Source of the DNA: an uncultured Pelagibacteraceae bacterium
GTDB taxonomy: Bacteria > Pseudomonadota > Alphaproteobacteria > Pelagibacterales > AG-422-B15
Length of the DNA stretch: 64,000 nt
NCBI GenBank assembly: GCA_902521655.1
Contig: CABYSM010000002.1
Location: 3,575-67,574, forward strand
Direction: 5' to 3'
Positions 47,731 through 61,512 of this stretch are shown one piece after another. A program made the translations under genes and the position numbers. The notes under the pieces were generated by a model. That model made no database searches and had not been told where the DNA came from. It worked only from the letters and a program-made list of their open reading frames with translations. How positions within the stretch are numbered: the first letter of the stretch is position 1; every line of letters starts with the position of its first letter.

Positions 47731-48159
47731 ATGGCAAAAGAAATTGAAGGAAAGTTAAAGTTACAAGTGCCAGCTGGACAAGCAAATCCGTCTCCACCAG
47801 TTGGACCAGCCCTCGGACAAAGAGGTATTAACATTATGGACTTCTGCAAGGTATTTAATGAGAAAAGTAAAGGGGAGCAGCCTGGAGTTATGTTGCCTGT
47901 TGTGGTTACATATAACACTGACAAAAGTTTTAGCATTGAAATTAAGCTACCACCGGCATCATTTTTTATTAAAGAAGCATTAAAAATAAAAAAAGGATCT
48001 AAAGAGCCTGGTAGAGATATGATTTCAACTATTTCTACATCACAATGTAGGGATATTGCAGAAAAGAAATTAAAAGATCTAAACGCAAATACTATTGAGC
48101 AAGGTACTAAAATCATTATTGGTTCTGCAAAATCAATGGGTATTGAGGTAACAAGCTAA
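47731..48159 (+). CDS. rplK: 50S ribosomal protein L11
   Basis: [25 protein letters not shown]. Confidence 0.98.
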   Translation: MAKEIEGKLKLQVPAGQANPSPPVGPALGQRGINIMDFCKVFNEKSKGEQPGVMLPVVVTYNTDKSFSIEIKLPPASFFIKEALKIKKGSKEPGRDMISTISTSQCRDIAEKKLKDLNANTIEQGTKIIIGSAKSMGIEVTS

Positions 48160-48842
48160 TGAACAAAAGAATGAAAGATATTTTGAGTCAAAATGATTTT
48201 TCGAAATCATACAATTTAGTTGATGCTATTGAGCTAGCAATAAAGTCTTCAACCACTAAATTTGATGAAACAATTGATATATGCATGAATTTAAATATTG
48301 ATCCTAAAAATGGAGAGCAAAATGTGCGGGGTAAATTAAAATTACCAAAGAGTTTAGGCAAACAAGTCAAAGTGTGCGTTATTGTTCCTGAAGATAAGCA
48401 GCAAGAAGCAAAGGATGCTGGAGCTGACATAGTAGGATCTGACGAACTTGTCCAAAAGGTTGAAGGAGGCTTCACAGACTTTGACAGGTGTATAGCTTCA
48501 CCAGATATGATGTCAAAAGTTGGTAAATTAGGAAAGGTTCTGGGCCCAAGAAATTTAATGCCGAATCCTAAACTGGGCACTGTTACGAATGATATAAAAC
48601 AAGCAATTGCTGATGCGAAAGCAGGAGAGATCGAATATAAAAGCAATGAAACTCTAATACAGGCGGGCATAGCAAAATCAAGTTTTGCAAAGGAAGATAT
48701 TCAAAAGAATATACAATTTTTTGTTGAGAAAATTTCAAAAGATCGACCTTCTGGTGTAAAAGGTGATTTTTTAAAAAAAATATATATAAGTCCAACAATG
48801 GGACCAGGTGTTAGTGTTGATATAAATACTATAGACGGATAA
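48159..48842 (+). CDS. rplA: 50S ribosomal protein L1
   Basis: KFDETID, LGPRNLMPNPKLGTVT, SPTMGPG. Confidence 0.97.
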   Translation: MNKRMKDILSQNDFSKSYNLVDAIELAIKSSTTKFDETIDICMNLNIDPKNGEQNVRGKLKLPKSLGKQVKVCVIVPEDKQQEAKDAGADIVGSDELVQKVEGGFTDFDRCIASPDMMSKVGKLGKVLGPRNLMPNPKLGTVTNDIKQAIADAKAGEIEYKSNETLIQAGIAKSSFAKEDIQKNIQFFVEKISKDRPSGVKGDFLKKIYISPTMGPGVSVDINTIDG

Positions 48843-48845
48843 ATT

Positions 48846-49352
48846 ATGAAGAGAGAGCAAAAAGAAATTTTTATTAAGAATTTAAAAACTATTATAGGAG
48901 AGAATAGTTTAATTCTTGTTTTTCATTACAGAGGTATGTCTATGAGTGAAATGACAGATTTGAGAGTTCAGTCATTCAATACTGGCTGCAATATAAAAGT
49001 TACAAACAATAGACTTGCTAAATTAGCGCTACAGGAAACTGATAAAGTTGAATTATCTGACTTATTTGATGGACCAACAGCCATAGCGTATGCTAATGAT
49101 CCAGCTTCATTAACAAAGCTTGTTGTCGAATTTGCAAAGAATAACAATAACTTAGTTATCCAGGGTGGAATAATGGATAATGAAATTTTAAGTGTTGAAA
49201 AAATTGAAATTTTATCTAAATTGCCATCTCTCGAGGAAATAAGGGCACAATTAATAGGTTTAATAAACTCACCTGCGCAGAAAATAGCATCAGTATTGAC
49301 TGCACCATCAGGTGATTTAGCAAGAGTATTTAACGCGTACAGTTCGAAGTAA
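48846..49352 (+). CDS. rplJ: 50S ribosomal protein L10
   Basis: YRGM, NRLAKLA, GPTAIA, LPSLEE; position in operon. Confidence 0.95.
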   Translation: MKREQKEIFIKNLKTIIGENSLILVFHYRGMSMSEMTDLRVQSFNTGCNIKVTNNRLAKLALQETDKVELSDLFDGPTAIAYANDPASLTKLVVEFAKNNNNLVIQGGIMDNEILSVEKIEILSKLPSLEEIRAQLIGLINSPAQKIASVLTAPSGDLARVFNAYSSK

Positions 49353-49382
49353 TATTTTAATTAAGTAAGAAAGGGAATAAAA

Positions 49383-49760
49383 ATGGCTGACCTCCAACAA
49401 ATAGTTGATCAACTATCAGATCTAACAGTTATAGAAGCTGCAGAGCTTTCAAAGTTATTAGAAGAAAAGTGGGGGGTATCTGCCGCTGCACCTGTAGCGG
49501 TAGCCGCTGCTGGAGCTGCACCTGCAGGAGATGCTGCAGAAGAAGAAAAAGATGAATTCACAATCGTCTTAGCAGCCGCTGGTGATAAGAAGATAAATGT
49601 AATTAAAGAAGTTAGAACAATTACAGGCTTAGGATTAAAGGAAGCAAAAGATCTAGTAGAGGGTGCTCCAAAAGAATTGAAGACAGGAGTATCAAAAGAT
49701 GAAGCAAATGGTTTCAAGGAGAAACTTGAAGCAGCCGGCGCGACTGTAGAACTTAAATAA
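49383..49760 (+). CDS. rplL: 50S ribosomal protein L7/L12
   Basis: [36 protein letters not shown]. Confidence 0.98.
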   Translation: MADLQQIVDQLSDLTVIEAAELSKLLEEKWGVSAAAPVAVAAAGAAPAGDAAEEEKDEFTIVLAAAGDKKINVIKEVRTITGLGLKEAKDLVEGAPKELKTGVSKDEANGFKEKLEAAGATVELK

Positions 49761-49779
49761 ATTAAATAAATATTTTACT

Positions 49780-49804
49780 TAATAGTTTGTTACGCAAACT
49801 ATTA
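49780..49804 (+). promoter_or_regulatory. hairpin between rplL and rpoB
   Basis: taatagtttg-ttacg-caaactatta 10-bp inverted repeat. Confidence 0.5.
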
Positions 49805-49807
49805 TGA

Positions 49808-52800
49808 ATGGGTGAATATACATTAGTGGTTAATACATTATCATTTACTGAGAGAAAAAGAGTTCGTAAAAACTTTGGAAAACTCAAAGAAGTTTCGAAA
49901 TTTCCTAACCTTATTGAAATACAAAAAAAATCTTATGAAGAGTTTCTTTTGGAGGAAGTTCATCCATCAAAAAGACCAGATCGTGGACTCCAAAAAGTGT
50001 TCAAAAGTGTTTTTCCCTTAGAAGACTTTTCTGGTTCTGCTAGAATAGAATATATTGAATATTGCCTTCAAGAGCCAAAGTTCGATGTTGATGAATGTCG
50101 TCAAAGAGATAAGTCTTACGCTGCTCCATTGAATGTGAAGTTACGACTTATTGTTTTTGATATTGATGAAGAAACTGAGTCTAGGACAGTAAAGGATATA
50201 AAAGAACAAGAAATATACCTTTGTGATCTACCGCTAATGACTCAAAAAGGAACATTTATTACTAATGGTACTGAGAGAGTCGTTGTAAGCCAAATGCATC
50301 GTAGTCCAGGTGTATTTTTTGATCATGATAATGGCAAAACACACTCAAGTGGAAAGCTCCTTTTTGGAGCAAGAGTAATACCTTATAGGGGTTCATGGTT
50401 AGATATTGAATTTGATCACAAAGACATTTTGCATTGTAGGATTGATAGAAAGAAAAAAATACCAATTACGACTTTCTTAATGTCAATGGGAGTAAAAAGA
50501 GATGAGATACTAAATTTATTCTACAGCACTGAAATTTATAATTTCAATGTTAAAGACGGTAAATGGAAGTTTAATTTTAACCCAAAAAATATTAAAACCG
50601 GTAAACTGCAAAAGAGTCTAATTAATGCAGCTGATGGAAAAGTTGCTGTTAAACAAGGAACAAAAATAAATCCAGCTATAGCAAAAAAATTATACAATGA
50701 TGGACTTAAGAATTTACTTATAGATGATGACGAACTAATTGGAAAGTTTGTCGCAGATGATATAATTAATGAGAAAACTGGTGAAATTTACTTAGAAGCC
50801 TCAGATGAAATTACACAAGAGTCTTTAGAAAAAATTAAAGAGCTAAAGATTAATAAACTACCAATACTTGAAATTGACGGGATAAACGTTGGCTCATTCA
50901 TAAGGGATACGTTAAGAATCGATAAGAACTTAAGTCCAGAAGAAGCAGTTGTTGAAATATATAAAGTACTTAGGCCAGGTGAACCACCCAATTTGGAAAC
51001 AGCGTTTGAAGTATTTAATTCATTGTTTTTTAAATCAGAAAAGTACGATCTTTCTGATGTTGGTCGTGTCAAAATTAACTATAGGTTAAACCTTGACTGT
51101 CCAGACTCAATCACAGTTTTAAGAACTGATGACATTATTGAAGTAGTAAAGACTGTTATGGATTTAAGAACTGGTAAAGGTGAGGTTGATGATATCGATC
51201 ATCTTGGAAACAGAAGAGTAAGATCTGTGGGTGAGCTTGTTGAAAATCAGTTTAGAATGGGTCTTATAAGAATGGAAAGATCAATTAAAGAAAGAATGAA
51301 TTCACTTGAAGTTGATGCTGTCACACCGCAAGATATAATAAATGCCAAGCCATTAGTTGCTTCTTTAAAAGAATTTTTTGGAACATCACAACTTTCTCAG
51401 TTTATGGACCAGACAAATCCACTTGCAGAGATAACTCATAAAAGAAGGCTTTCGGCCCTTGGACCAGGCGGCTTAAGTAGAGAAAGAGCGGGTTTTGAGG
51501 TAAGAGATGTTCATCCTACTCACTATGGAAGAATTTGCCCAATCGAAACACCAGAAGGGCCAAATATAGGATTAATAAACAGCTTGGCATCTCATGCAAG
51601 AGTGAATCAGTACGGGTTTATTGAAAGTCCTTATAGAAAAGTTGTAAACGGTAAAGTTACAAACGATGTTGAATACTTGCCTGCAATGGAAGAGGCCGAC
51701 TATACGATTGCTCAGGCAAATAGTGAGATTGATGAAAAAGGCAATTTTGCAACAAAACTAGTTTCGTGTAGGCGTGATGGAGATTTTGTAATGACTATTC
51801 CTCAAGAAATTAACTACATGGATGTATCACCAAAACAAGTTGTCTCTTGTGCAGCTTCATTAATACCATTTCTTGAGAATGACGATGCGAACAGAGCTTT
51901 AATGGGTTCTAATATGATGAGGCAAGCTGTTCCTCTTATTCAAGCAGAGTCCCCTCTTGTTGGAACAGGAGTAGAGAAAGTAGTCGCAATAGACTCAGGT
52001 GTAACTATTATTGCAAACAGAGATGGTATTGTAGATAAAATAGACGGCAAGAGAATTGTTGTTAGAGTTACAGAAAAAATACAAACAAATGAATCTGGGG
52101 TTGACATTTATACGTTATTAAAGTTCCAAAGATCAAACCAAAGTACCTGCATTAATCAAAGGCCATTAGTTAAAGTTGGTGATAAAGTTTCCAAAGGGGA
52201 TATTATTGCTGATGGTCCGTCAACACACTTAGGGGAATTAGGTTTAGGTAGAAATGTGGTAGTCGCTTTTATGCCATGGAGAGGATATAACTTTGAGGAT
52301 TCTATACTGATATCAGAAAAGATTGTTCAAGAAGATAAATTTACCTCAATTCACATTGAAGAATTTGAGGTAATGTCCAGAGATACAAAATTAGGCTCAG
52401 AAGAGATTACGAGAGATATACCAAATGCTGGTGATGAATTATTACGTAATCTTGATGAAGCGGGTATTGTTTATGTTGGCGCGGATGTAAATCCTGGTGA
52501 TATTCTTGTAGGCAAAGTAACTCCTAAAGGTGAAAGTCCAGTAACACCTGAGGAAAAGCTTCTAAGAGCAATATTTGGTGAAAAGGCTACAGATGTAAAG
52601 GATACATCACTTAAACTACCACCAGGGTCAAGTGGCATTGTTGTTGATGTAAAGGTTTTTAACAGATATGGAATAGAAAAAGATGATAGAGCTCTTTCAA
52701 TTGAGAGAGATGAGATAGAAAAGCTTGCGAATGACCGCGAGGCAGAATTAGGAATTCTAAATAGAAATATAAAAGAAAGATTAAGAAACATAATTAAAGG

Positions 52801-53929
52801 CAAAAATATATCAGAGTTTCCTCAGGATATAAGTGATCAGAAATTGCTTGATGAAAGTGAAATTAGCACTGTAAAGCTTGACTCACTGTGGAAAGTGAAG
52901 CTTCAGAATGATAAAGATCAAGAGGATATAAATAATTTAAAAAAACAGTATGATGTAGCAAGATTTGCAATTCAATCACGTTTTGATAACAAGGTTGATA
53001 AGGTTCAAAGAGGAGACGAATTGTTACCTGGCGTGATGAAAATGGTTAAGGTTTTTGTTGCCGTTAAAAGAAAATTACAACCTGGTGATAAAATGGCTGG
53101 TCGACACGGAAATAAAGGTGTCATAAGTAAAATCGCTCCTGTAGAAGATATGCCCTATCTGGAGGACGGAAGGACTGTTGACATTGTTTTAAATCCTCTA
53201 GGTGTGCCTAGTAGAATGAATGTCGGACAAATATTAGAAACACATTTGGGATGGGCATGTGCTGGTATTGGAGAGATCATCAATAAATCAATTGCTCAGT
53301 ACAATGCAACAAATGACCATTCACATATCGGCAAATCCTTGGAAAAAGTTTATGGATCTGAACAGTATAAAAATGAAATAGCACCTTTGACTAAGTTGGA
53401 GCAAAAAGAACTTGCGATGAATATTTCTTCAGGAGTTCCAATTAAAACTCCTGTTTTTGATGGAGCATCCGAGAACGAAATATCTGAGATGTTAGAAGTT
53501 GCAGGTTTTGATAAAAGTGGACAAACTCATTTATGGGATGGCTTAACTGGAGAGCAGTTTGAGAGAAAAGTAACAGTAGGCTATATCTATATGTTGAAAC
53601 TTCATCATTTAGTAGACGATAAAATACATGCAAGGTCAATTGGCCCTTACAGCCTTGTAACTCAGCAACCATTGGGTGGTAAAGCACAATTTGGTGGTCA
53701 GAGATTTGGGGAGATGGAAGTTTGGGCGCTTGAGGCCTATGGTGCCGCATATACTTTACAAGAAATTTTGACCGTAAAGTCAGATGATGTTGCTGGAAGA
53801 ACTAAAGTATATGAAACCATAATACGAGGTGAGGATGTATTCCAATCTGGAACACCTGAATCATTTAACGTTTTGATTAAAGAGATACGATCTCTTGGAC
53901 TTAACATAGAATTATCGAACTTAAACTAG
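49808..53929 (+). CDS. rpoB: RNA polymerase beta subunit
   Basis: [45 protein letters not shown]; the true start may be GTG at 49826. Confidence 0.99.
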   Translation: MGEYTLVVNTLSFTERKRVRKNFGKLKEVSKFPNLIEIQKKSYEEFLLEEVHPSKRPDRGLQKVFKSVFPLEDFSGSARIEYIEYCLQEPKFDVDECRQRDKSYAAPLNVKLRLIVFDIDEETESRTVKDIKEQEIYLCDLPLMTQKGTFITNGTERVVVSQMHRSPGVFFDHDNGKTHSSGKLLFGARVIPYRGSWLDIEFDHKDILHCRIDRKKKIPITTFLMSMGVKRDEILNLFYSTEIYNFNVKDGKWKFNFNPKNIKTGKLQKSLINAADGKVAVKQGTKINPAIAKKLYNDGLKNLLIDDDELIGKFVADDIINEKTGEIYLEASDEITQESLEKIKELKINKLPILEIDGINVGSFIRDTLRIDKNLSPEEAVVEIYKVLRPGEPPNLETAFEVFNSLFFKSEKYDLSDVGRVKINYRLNLDCPDSITVLRTDDIIEVVKTVMDLRTGKGEVDDIDHLGNRRVRSVGELVENQFRMGLIRMERSIKERMNSLEVDAVTPQDIINAKPLVASLKEFFGTSQLSQFMDQTNPLAEITHKRRLSALGPGGLSRERAGFEVRDVHPTHYGRICPIETPEGPNIGLINSLASHARVNQYGFIESPYRKVVNGKVTNDVEYLPAMEEADYTIAQANSEIDEKGNFATKLVSCRRDGDFVMTIPQEINYMDVSPKQVVSCAASLIPFLENDDANRALMGSNMMRQAVPLIQAESPLVGTGVEKVVAIDSGVTIIANRDGIVDKIDGKRIVVRVTEKIQTNESGVDIYTLLKFQRSNQSTCINQRPLVKVGDKVSKGDIIADGPSTHLGELGLGRNVVVAFMPWRGYNFEDSILISEKIVQEDKFTSIHIEEFEVMSRDTKLGSEEITRDIPNAGDELLRNLDEAGIVYVGADVNPGDILVGKVTPKGESPVTPEEKLLRAIFGEKATDVKDTSLKLPPGSSGIVVDVKVFNRYGIEKDDRALSIERDEIEKLANDREAELGILNRNIKERLRNIIKGKNISEFPQDISDQKLLDESEISTVKLDSLWKVKLQNDKDQEDINNLKKQYDVARFAIQSRFDNKVDKVQRGDELLPGVMKMVKVFVAVKRKLQPGDKMAGRHGNKGVISKIAPVEDMPYLEDGRTVDIVLNPLGVPSRMNVGQILETHLGWACAGIGEIINKSIAQYNATNDHSHIGKSLEKVYGSEQYKNEIAPLTKLEQKELAMNISSGVPIKTPVFDGASENEISEMLEVAGFDKSGQTHLWDGLTGEQFERKVTVGYIYMLKLHHLVDDKIHARSIGPYSLVTQQPLGGKAQFGGQRFGEMEVWALEAYGAAYTLQEILTVKSDDVAGRTKVYETIIRGEDVFQSGTPESFNVLIKEIRSLGLNIELSNLN

Positions 53930-53939
53930 GAAATTATAT

Positions 53940-56900
53940 ATGAGCCAGTCTTTAATGAATATTTTCAATCCTGCCGCGTCTAGGGATGATTTTAACCAAG
54001 TTAAAATCTCTATTGCAAGTCCTGAGAGAATTTTATCCTGGTCATATGGTGAAATAAAAAAACCTGAAACAATTAATTATAGAACATTTAAGCCAGAAAG
54101 AGACGGTCTATTCTGTGCAAGAATATTTGGTCCAATAAAAGATTATGAGTGCTTATGTGGGAAATATAAGAGAATGAAATTTAAAGGCATAATCTGCGAA
54201 AAGTGTGGTGTTGAAGTAACAAAAAAAGACGTAAGAAGAGAACGCATGGGTCACATTCAACTTGCCGCTCCAGTTGCCCATATTTGGTTTTTAAAATCTT
54301 TACCAAGTCGTATTGCACTAATGATGGATATGAAATTAAAAGATTTGGAAAAAGTTCTTTATTTCGAAAAATTTATGGTAACTGAACCTGGGTTAACACC
54401 ATTGATTCAAAATCAGCTCTTGGACGAAGAGGAATTAGAAAATGCAAAAGAAGAATATGGCGTAGACTCTTTTTCTGCAGGAATCGGAGCAGAAGCCGTA
54501 AGAAAAGTTTTAGAAAGAGTTGAACTCGAGGCTGAACTTGAATTATTGAAGTCAAAACTTGCTGAAACCAAAGCAGTCGCACTCTCTGAAAAGCTAGTTA
54601 AACGAATTAAAATATTTGAAGCCTTTATATCCTCAGGAAATAGACCTGAATGGATGATTTTAACATCCGTACCAGTAATCCCACCAGAACTTAGACCACT
54701 TGTTCCTTTGGATGGAGGAAGGTTTGCTTCGTCTGATTTAAACGACTTGTATAGAAGAGTTATAAATAGAAATAATAGATTATCGAGACTTATAGAATTA
54801 AGAGCCCCAGATATTATTATTAGAAATGAAAAGAGAATGCTGCAAGAGTCAGTAGATGCATTATTTGATAATGGACGCAGGGGCCGTGTAATTACAGGAA
54901 CAAATAAACGACCTCTCAAATCACTTGCAGAAATGCTTAAGGGTAAGCAAGGCCGATTCAGGCAAAATCTTCTAGGAAAAAGAGTTGATTACTCTGGTAG
55001 ATCAGTAATAGTTGTTGGGCCAGAGCTAAAATTACACCAGTGTGGCCTGCCTAAAAAAATGGCAATAGAATTATTTAAACCATTTATATACGCACGTTTG
55101 GAATCATTGGGTCTCGCAACTACATTAAAACAAGCCAAGAAAATGGTTGAAAAAGAAAGACCAGAGGTCTGGGATGTACTTGACAGAGTCATAAGAGAGC
55201 ACCCAATTATTTTAAATAGAGCACCAACACTTCACAGGTTGGGTGTTCAAGCTTTTGAACCAACTTTAATTGAAGGAAAAGCAATTCAACTGCACCCTCT
55301 AGTTTGTACAGCATTTAATGCAGATTTTGATGGTGATCAAATGGCAGTGCATGTGCCCCTTAGCTTAGAAGCACAGTTAGAGGCAAGGGTTTTAATGATG
55401 TCTACAAATAATATATTAAACCCAGCTAATGGTAAGCCTGTAATTGTTCCAAGTCAGGATATTGTCCTAGGTATTTATTTTCTATCTCAGGAAAAAGATA
55501 ATGAACCTGGTCAGGGAGCTGTATACAAAGATATTTTTGAAGTTCAACAAGCTATTGAAAATGGTGTAACAACGGTACATGCAAAAGTTGAAGCAAGAAT
55601 TAATTACATTAATTCTGACGGGAATGTTGATACAAAAAGAATTAGTACAACACCTGGTAGAATGCTTTTATGGAACTTAATACCCCAACATAAAGATCTT
55701 GATCCAAAGCTTGTCAATCGTCTTCTTGGTAAGAAAGAAGTTTCGAGCTTAATTGATACCGTCTACAGATACTGCGGACAAAAAGATACAGTCATATTTG
55801 CTGATCGAATAATGGCACTTGGTTTTCATTACGCATATAAAGCTGGTATCTCTTTCGGCAAGGATGACATGATAATACCTGAGACAAAAGAAAAAATGGT
55901 TACAGAAACATCAGTACAAATTGAAAAATATGAAAAGCAATATAATGATGGTTTAATTACTAATAGAGAAAAATATAATAAAGTAATTGATGCCTGGGCA
56001 AAATGTACCGATAGAGTTGCACAAGAAATGATGAATGAAATTTCTTCTGTCAAAATCGATGAAACAACTAAAAGAGAACTTCCTATTAACTCTATATATA
56101 TGATGGCAAATTCAGGAGCCAGGGGTTCAGCGGCTCAAATGAAGCAGCTGTCAGGAATGCGTGGCCTTATGGCCAAACCATCCGGAGATATAATTGAGAC
56201 TCCTATCATATCAAATTTTAAAGAGGGTTTAAATGTACTCGAATATTTTAATTCTACACATGGAGCAAGAAAAGGGCTAGCTGATACCGCATTAAAGACA
56301 GCTAATTCTGGCTACTTGACTAGAAGACTATGTGATGTTGCGCAAGATTGTACTATTTCAGATCACGACTGCGGTACTGATAATGGTGTGTGGATATCCG
56401 ACGTAGTCGAAGGTGGAGAGGTAATAATATCAATAGCAGACAGATTACTTGGTAGATTTTTGCAAAAAGATATTGTTCATCCAGTTACTAATGAAATTGT
56501 AGCAAAAAAAGATGATTATATGGACGAGGTACTTGCTGAGAAGGTTGAAACAGCTGGTATTCAGAATGCTTATATTCGATCTCCATTAACTTGTGATAGT
56601 AAAAAAGGAATCTGTGTGAAGTGCTATGGACGAGATCTTGCTAGAGGGTTCATGGTTAATGAGGGTGAAGCTGTAGGGATGATTGCAGCTCAATCTATTG
56701 GTGAGCCTGGAACACAGTTAACTATGAGAACATTTCATATTGGAGGAGCTGCACAAATTAATGATCAATCTTTTATTGAAATTAATACTGATGGAATTTT
56801 CAAAATCCTAAATAAGAACACAGTTGAAGATAGTAATCAGAACTTAATTGTTATGGGAAGAAACTGTCAATTAGCGATTCATGATGAAAATAATAGAGAG

Positions 56901-58130
56901 CTTGCTAACTATAAAGTTCCTTATGGAACAAAAATTCTTGTTGAAGAAGACTCAAAAGTGTCTTCCGGAACTAAAATTTGTGAATGGGATCCATTTACAA
57001 ACCCAGTTATTTCTGAAAAATCGGGAACAGCTAATTATGTGGATATGGAAGAAGGTATTTCTTTAATAGAAGAAACTGAGGAAAAAACAGGATTAACATA
57101 CACTAAAGTTAAGGATTGGAAGCTTGACTCCAAAGGAGTTGATCTTAAACCAAGAATTACTCTAAGAGATAAAAAAGGTGAAGTCATACTCCTAGCAAAT
57201 GGCAATGAAGCTAGATATTTCTTACCACCTGATTCTATTTTATCGGTCGCTGATGGCTCAGAAGTGCATGCAGGTGATGTTTTAGCTAGAACGCCTAAGG
57301 CAGCATCTAAAACTAAAGATATTACTGGTGGATTGCCTAGGGTTGCTGAATTGTTTGAAGCAAGAAAACCTAAAGATCATGCAATCATATCTGAAATATC
57401 AGGTATTATTTCTTTTGGAAAAGACATAAGAGGCAAGCAAAAAGTAATCATTACCCCTGAGGAAAGTGAAAATGATCCTGTAGAAGTTTTAATTCCAAAA
57501 GGCAAACATATAGCTTACCAAGAAGGTGAAAGTATTGAAAAAGGAGATTACTTACTTGATGGAAATCCTGATCCACATGATATCTTGGAAATCTTAGGTA
57601 TTGAAGCTTTAGCAGATTATCTAATTAATGAAGTTCAAGAAGTTTACAGGCTTCAAGGTGTTTTAATTAATGATAAGCATATTGAGGTTTTATGTAGGCA
57701 GATGCTTCAAAAAGTAAGCATTACTGATGTTGGTGACAGTTCTTTCATTAAAGGTGAAGAAATTGACAGATACGAATTCTTAATTACAAATGAACAGCTT
57801 ACTGCTGAAGGCAAAAAACCAGCCGTAGGTAAACCGGTTCTTTTAGGTATAACAAAAGCTTCTCTTCAAACTAGGTCATTTATTTCTGCTGCCTCATTCC
57901 AGGAAACGACGAGAATACTTACGGATGCATCGATTAAAGGAAAAGTAGACAGACTAGAGGGCCTTAAAGAGAATGTTATTGTAGGAAGATTAATACCTGC
58001 AGGAACAGGAAGAATCTTTAACCAGATTGAAAATCAAGCAAAAAATCTTGATAAAGAGGCTAAAATTGAAATTGAAGCAATGCAAGCCGCTAAAGAGCAG
58101 GAAACAGCAGAAATTCAGGAAAATTCTTAA
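53940..58130 (+). CDS. rpoC: RNA polymerase beta' subunit
   Basis: [36 protein letters not shown]. Confidence 0.99.
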   Translation: MSQSLMNIFNPAASRDDFNQVKISIASPERILSWSYGEIKKPETINYRTFKPERDGLFCARIFGPIKDYECLCGKYKRMKFKGIICEKCGVEVTKKDVRRERMGHIQLAAPVAHIWFLKSLPSRIALMMDMKLKDLEKVLYFEKFMVTEPGLTPLIQNQLLDEEELENAKEEYGVDSFSAGIGAEAVRKVLERVELEAELELLKSKLAETKAVALSEKLVKRIKIFEAFISSGNRPEWMILTSVPVIPPELRPLVPLDGGRFASSDLNDLYRRVINRNNRLSRLIELRAPDIIIRNEKRMLQESVDALFDNGRRGRVITGTNKRPLKSLAEMLKGKQGRFRQNLLGKRVDYSGRSVIVVGPELKLHQCGLPKKMAIELFKPFIYARLESLGLATTLKQAKKMVEKERPEVWDVLDRVIREHPIILNRAPTLHRLGVQAFEPTLIEGKAIQLHPLVCTAFNADFDGDQMAVHVPLSLEAQLEARVLMMSTNNILNPANGKPVIVPSQDIVLGIYFLSQEKDNEPGQGAVYKDIFEVQQAIENGVTTVHAKVEARINYINSDGNVDTKRISTTPGRMLLWNLIPQHKDLDPKLVNRLLGKKEVSSLIDTVYRYCGQKDTVIFADRIMALGFHYAYKAGISFGKDDMIIPETKEKMVTETSVQIEKYEKQYNDGLITNREKYNKVIDAWAKCTDRVAQEMMNEISSVKIDETTKRELPINSIYMMANSGARGSAAQMKQLSGMRGLMAKPSGDIIETPIISNFKEGLNVLEYFNSTHGARKGLADTALKTANSGYLTRRLCDVAQDCTISDHDCGTDNGVWISDVVEGGEVIISIADRLLGRFLQKDIVHPVTNEIVAKKDDYMDEVLAEKVETAGIQNAYIRSPLTCDSKKGICVKCYGRDLARGFMVNEGEAVGMIAAQSIGEPGTQLTMRTFHIGGAAQINDQSFIEINTDGIFKILNKNTVEDSNQNLIVMGRNCQLAIHDENNRELANYKVPYGTKILVEEDSKVSSGTKICEWDPFTNPVISEKSGTANYVDMEEGISLIEETEEKTGLTYTKVKDWKLDSKGVDLKPRITLRDKKGEVILLANGNEARYFLPPDSILSVADGSEVHAGDVLARTPKAASKTKDITGGLPRVAELFEARKPKDHAIISEISGIISFGKDIRGKQKVIITPEESENDPVEVLIPKGKHIAYQEGESIEKGDYLLDGNPDPHDILEILGIEALADYLINEVQEVYRLQGVLINDKHIEVLCRQMLQKVSITDVGDSSFIKGEEIDRYEFLITNEQLTAEGKKPAVGKPVLLGITKASLQTRSFISAASFQETTRILTDASIKGKVDRLEGLKENVIVGRLIPAGTGRIFNQIENQAKNLDKEAKIEIEAMQAAKEQETAEIQENS

Positions 58131-58139
58131 TAATATATG

Positions 58140-58167
58140 TTGACCAAAGCAGACTATTAAGTATTAT
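58140..58167 (+). promoter_or_regulatory. sigma70-like promoter for the rpsL operon
   Basis: TTGACC-16nt-TATTAT just after the rpoC stop. Confidence 0.55.
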
Positions 58168-58182
58168 TCGGCATTCTTAAAT

Positions 58183-58218
58183 AGTAGGCGGTAGAGAAAT
58201 CTAAACGCTACTTTTTTT
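58183..58218 (+). terminator. hairpin plus U-tract in the rpsL leader (rpoC terminator or premature terminator)
   Basis: agtaggcg-g-taga-GAAA-tcta-aa-cgctact followed by a T run. Confidence 0.6.
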
Positions 58219-58270
58219 AGACTTTTTTTTAATAGTTAACTTTTTATTAGTTTCTAACTGGAGATACTGT

Positions 58271-59115
<845 letters not shown>

Positions 59116-59117
59116 CA

Positions 59118-61193
59118 ATGACAAGAGAGTATTCATTAAATAATTATAGAAATATTGGCATCATGGCGCACATAGATGCTGGAAAGACAACTACTACTGA
59201 GCGAATACTTTATTATACAGGAAAAAGCCATAAGATCGGTGAAGTGCATGATGGCGCGGCCACAATGGATTGGATGGAGCAAGAACAAGAACGTGGAATA
59301 ACTATTACATCTGCGGCAACTACTTGTTTCTGGAATGATCATAGGATTAATATTATTGATACTCCTGGACACGTTGATTTCACCATTGAAGTTGAGCGTT
59401 CTTTAAGAGTGCTCGATGGGGCAGTTGCAGTATTTGACGGAGTAGCTGGTGTGGAGCCACAAACCGAAACTGTTTGGAGACAAGCAAATAGATATAATGT
59501 ACCGAGGATGTGTTTCGTTAACAAAATGGACCGTACAGGTGCAGACTTTTATAAATGCTTAGACATGATCAAAGATCGACTTCAGGCAAATGCATTAGTT
59601 TTACAGATACCTTACGGAAGTGAATCAAATTTAAAAGGTGTGATTGATTTAGTTAAGAATAAAGCAATCGTTTGGGCAAATGAGGATCTTGGAGCTAAGT
59701 ATGAATACACAGATATTCCTGAAGAATTAAAAGATACAGCTGAAAAATATAGATCTGAAATGGTAGAAATGGCTGTAGAACAAGATGAAGAAGTTCTTGA
59801 AAAGTATTTAGATGGCGATGAACCAGATGAAGAAACTCTAATCAAGTGTATTAGAAAAGGAACAATTAATTTTGAGTTTGTTCCAATTTTAACTGGAAGT
59901 GCTTTCAAAAATAAAGGTGTTCAACCTTTGTTAGATGCAATTGTGAATTTTATGCCTGACCCTAGCGAGGTTCAGCAGGCAACTGGTAATATTCCAGGAA
60001 AAGAAGAAGAGGAAGTAAGAAAAGCATCTGACGATGAACCTTTCTCTGCATTGGCATTCAAAGTAGCCAACGACCCTTTCGTAGGTTCTCTTACGTTCAC
60101 TCGAATATATTCTGGTAAATTAGAGGCTGGTTCGACAATTTTAAATTCTGTTAAAGGTGATAAAGAAAGAATTGGCCGTATGCTTTTAATGCACGCTAAC
60201 AATAGAGAAGATATAAAAATTGCTTATGCTGGCGATATAGTCGCTATTGCTGGCTTAAAAGACACAATAACTGGTGAGACTTTATCAGATGCCCAAAAAC
60301 CAATTATTCTAGAGTCAATGGATTTTCCGGATCCAGTTATTGAAATTGCTGTTGAGCCAAAGACAAAAGCTGATCAGGAAAAAATGGGAGAAGCATTGGC
60401 AAGATTAGCAAAAGAAGATCCATCATTCAGGGTTACCTCAGATGAAGAATCTGGACAAACAGTAATAAAAGGAATGGGTGAACTTCATTTAGATATCATT
60501 GTGGATAGGATGAAGAGAGAGTTCAACGTAGAGGCTAATGTAGGAGCCCCACAAGTTGCTTACAGAGAAACCATTTCTAAAAATATGGAAGTAACATATA
60601 CACACAAAAAACAAAGTGGTGGCGCGGGTCAATTTGCTGAAGTAAAGATAATTGTTGAGGGTTGTGAGCCGGGAACTGGAAGAATATTTGAAGATAAAAT
60701 TAAAGGTGGAAACATTCCTAAGGAATATATACCGGGTGTAGAGAAAGGTATAGAAGGAGTGGCCGATACCGGTGTTATTGCTGGTTTCCCAATAATTGAC
60801 TATAAGGTGACTCTTATAGATGGAAAATATCATGATGTGGACTCAAGTAGCCTTGCATTTGAAATAGCTGGGCGAATGGCGTTTAAGGATGCTTGTCAAA
60901 AAGCCAATCCAAAGTTATTAGAACCAATAATGAGAGTTGAAGTTGTTACACCTGAAGAGTTTATGGGAGATGTAATAGGGGATTTAAGTAGCCGAAGAGG
61001 TCAAGTAAGTGGAAGTGAAGCAAGAGGCAATACAACAGCTATTAGCTCAATGGTGCCACTGGCTAATATGTTTGGATATGTAAACACTCTACGATCTATG
61101 ACCCAGGGAAGAGCTCAATATTCAATGTTTTTTGATCATTATGAGCAGGTTCCACAAAATGTACAGGATGAGGTAAAAGCGAAGTTCGCTTAA
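59118..61193 (+). CDS. fusA: elongation factor G
   Basis: [27 protein letters not shown]; ATG at 59118 (MTREYSL) preferred to the track start at 59109. Confidence 0.99.
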   Translation: MTREYSLNNYRNIGIMAHIDAGKTTTTERILYYTGKSHKIGEVHDGAATMDWMEQEQERGITITSAATTCFWNDHRINIIDTPGHVDFTIEVERSLRVLDGAVAVFDGVAGVEPQTETVWRQANRYNVPRMCFVNKMDRTGADFYKCLDMIKDRLQANALVLQIPYGSESNLKGVIDLVKNKAIVWANEDLGAKYEYTDIPEELKDTAEKYRSEMVEMAVEQDEEVLEKYLDGDEPDEETLIKCIRKGTINFEFVPILTGSAFKNKGVQPLLDAIVNFMPDPSEVQQATGNIPGKEEEEVRKASDDEPFSALAFKVANDPFVGSLTFTRIYSGKLEAGSTILNSVKGDKERIGRMLLMHANNREDIKIAYAGDIVAIAGLKDTITGETLSDAQKPIILESMDFPDPVIEIAVEPKTKADQEKMGEALARLAKEDPSFRVTSDEESGQTVIKGMGELHLDIIVDRMKREFNVEANVGAPQVAYRETISKNMEVTYTHKKQSGGAGQFAEVKIIVEGCEPGTGRIFEDKIKGGNIPKEYIPGVEKGIEGVADTGVIAGFPIIDYKVTLIDGKYHDVDSSSLAFEIAGRMAFKDACQKANPKLLEPIMRVEVVTPEEFMGDVIGDLSSRRGQVSGSEARGNTTAISSMVPLANMFGYVNTLRSMTQGRAQYSMFFDHYEQVPQNVQDEVKAKFA

Positions 61194-61201
61194 TTATAAT
61201 A

Positions 61202-61510
61202 ATGGAAAATCAAAATATTAAAATCAGACTTAAAGCATTTGACCACGGGGTATTGGACAAATCATCTGTTGAAATAGTAGATACAGCAAAACGAACTGGT
61301 GCAATGGTTAAGGGACCAATTCCACTTCCTACTAATAATGAAAAATTTACTGTTTTAAGATCTCCTCACGTAAATAAAAAAAGTAGAGAGCAATTTGAGA
61401 TAAGAACGCATAAACGCTTAATAGAGATTGTTGATCCAACCCCTCAAACAGTTGATGCACTTATGAAATTGGATTTAGCATCGGGAGTTGATGTAGAAAT
61501 CAAGTTATAG
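61202..61510 (+). CDS. rpsJ: 30S ribosomal protein S10
   Basis: [27 protein letters not shown]. Confidence 0.99.
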   Translation: MENQNIKIRLKAFDHGVLDKSSVEIVDTAKRTGAMVKGPIPLPTNNEKFTVLRSPHVNKKSREQFEIRTHKRLIEIVDPTPQTVDALMKLDLASGVDVEIKL

Positions 61511-61512
61511 AT

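Noticed and set aside
47384-48798. Long antisense ORFs (137, 148, 160 aa) opposite nusG/rplK/rplA
   Set aside because: Stop-poor antisense frames produced by codon bias of conserved genes; no recognisable motifs.
50262-57066. Antisense or alternative-frame ORFs within rpoB/rpoC (e.g. 54413-54919)
   Set aside because: Fully nested in essential genes with Ser/Phe/Ile-rich shadow composition.
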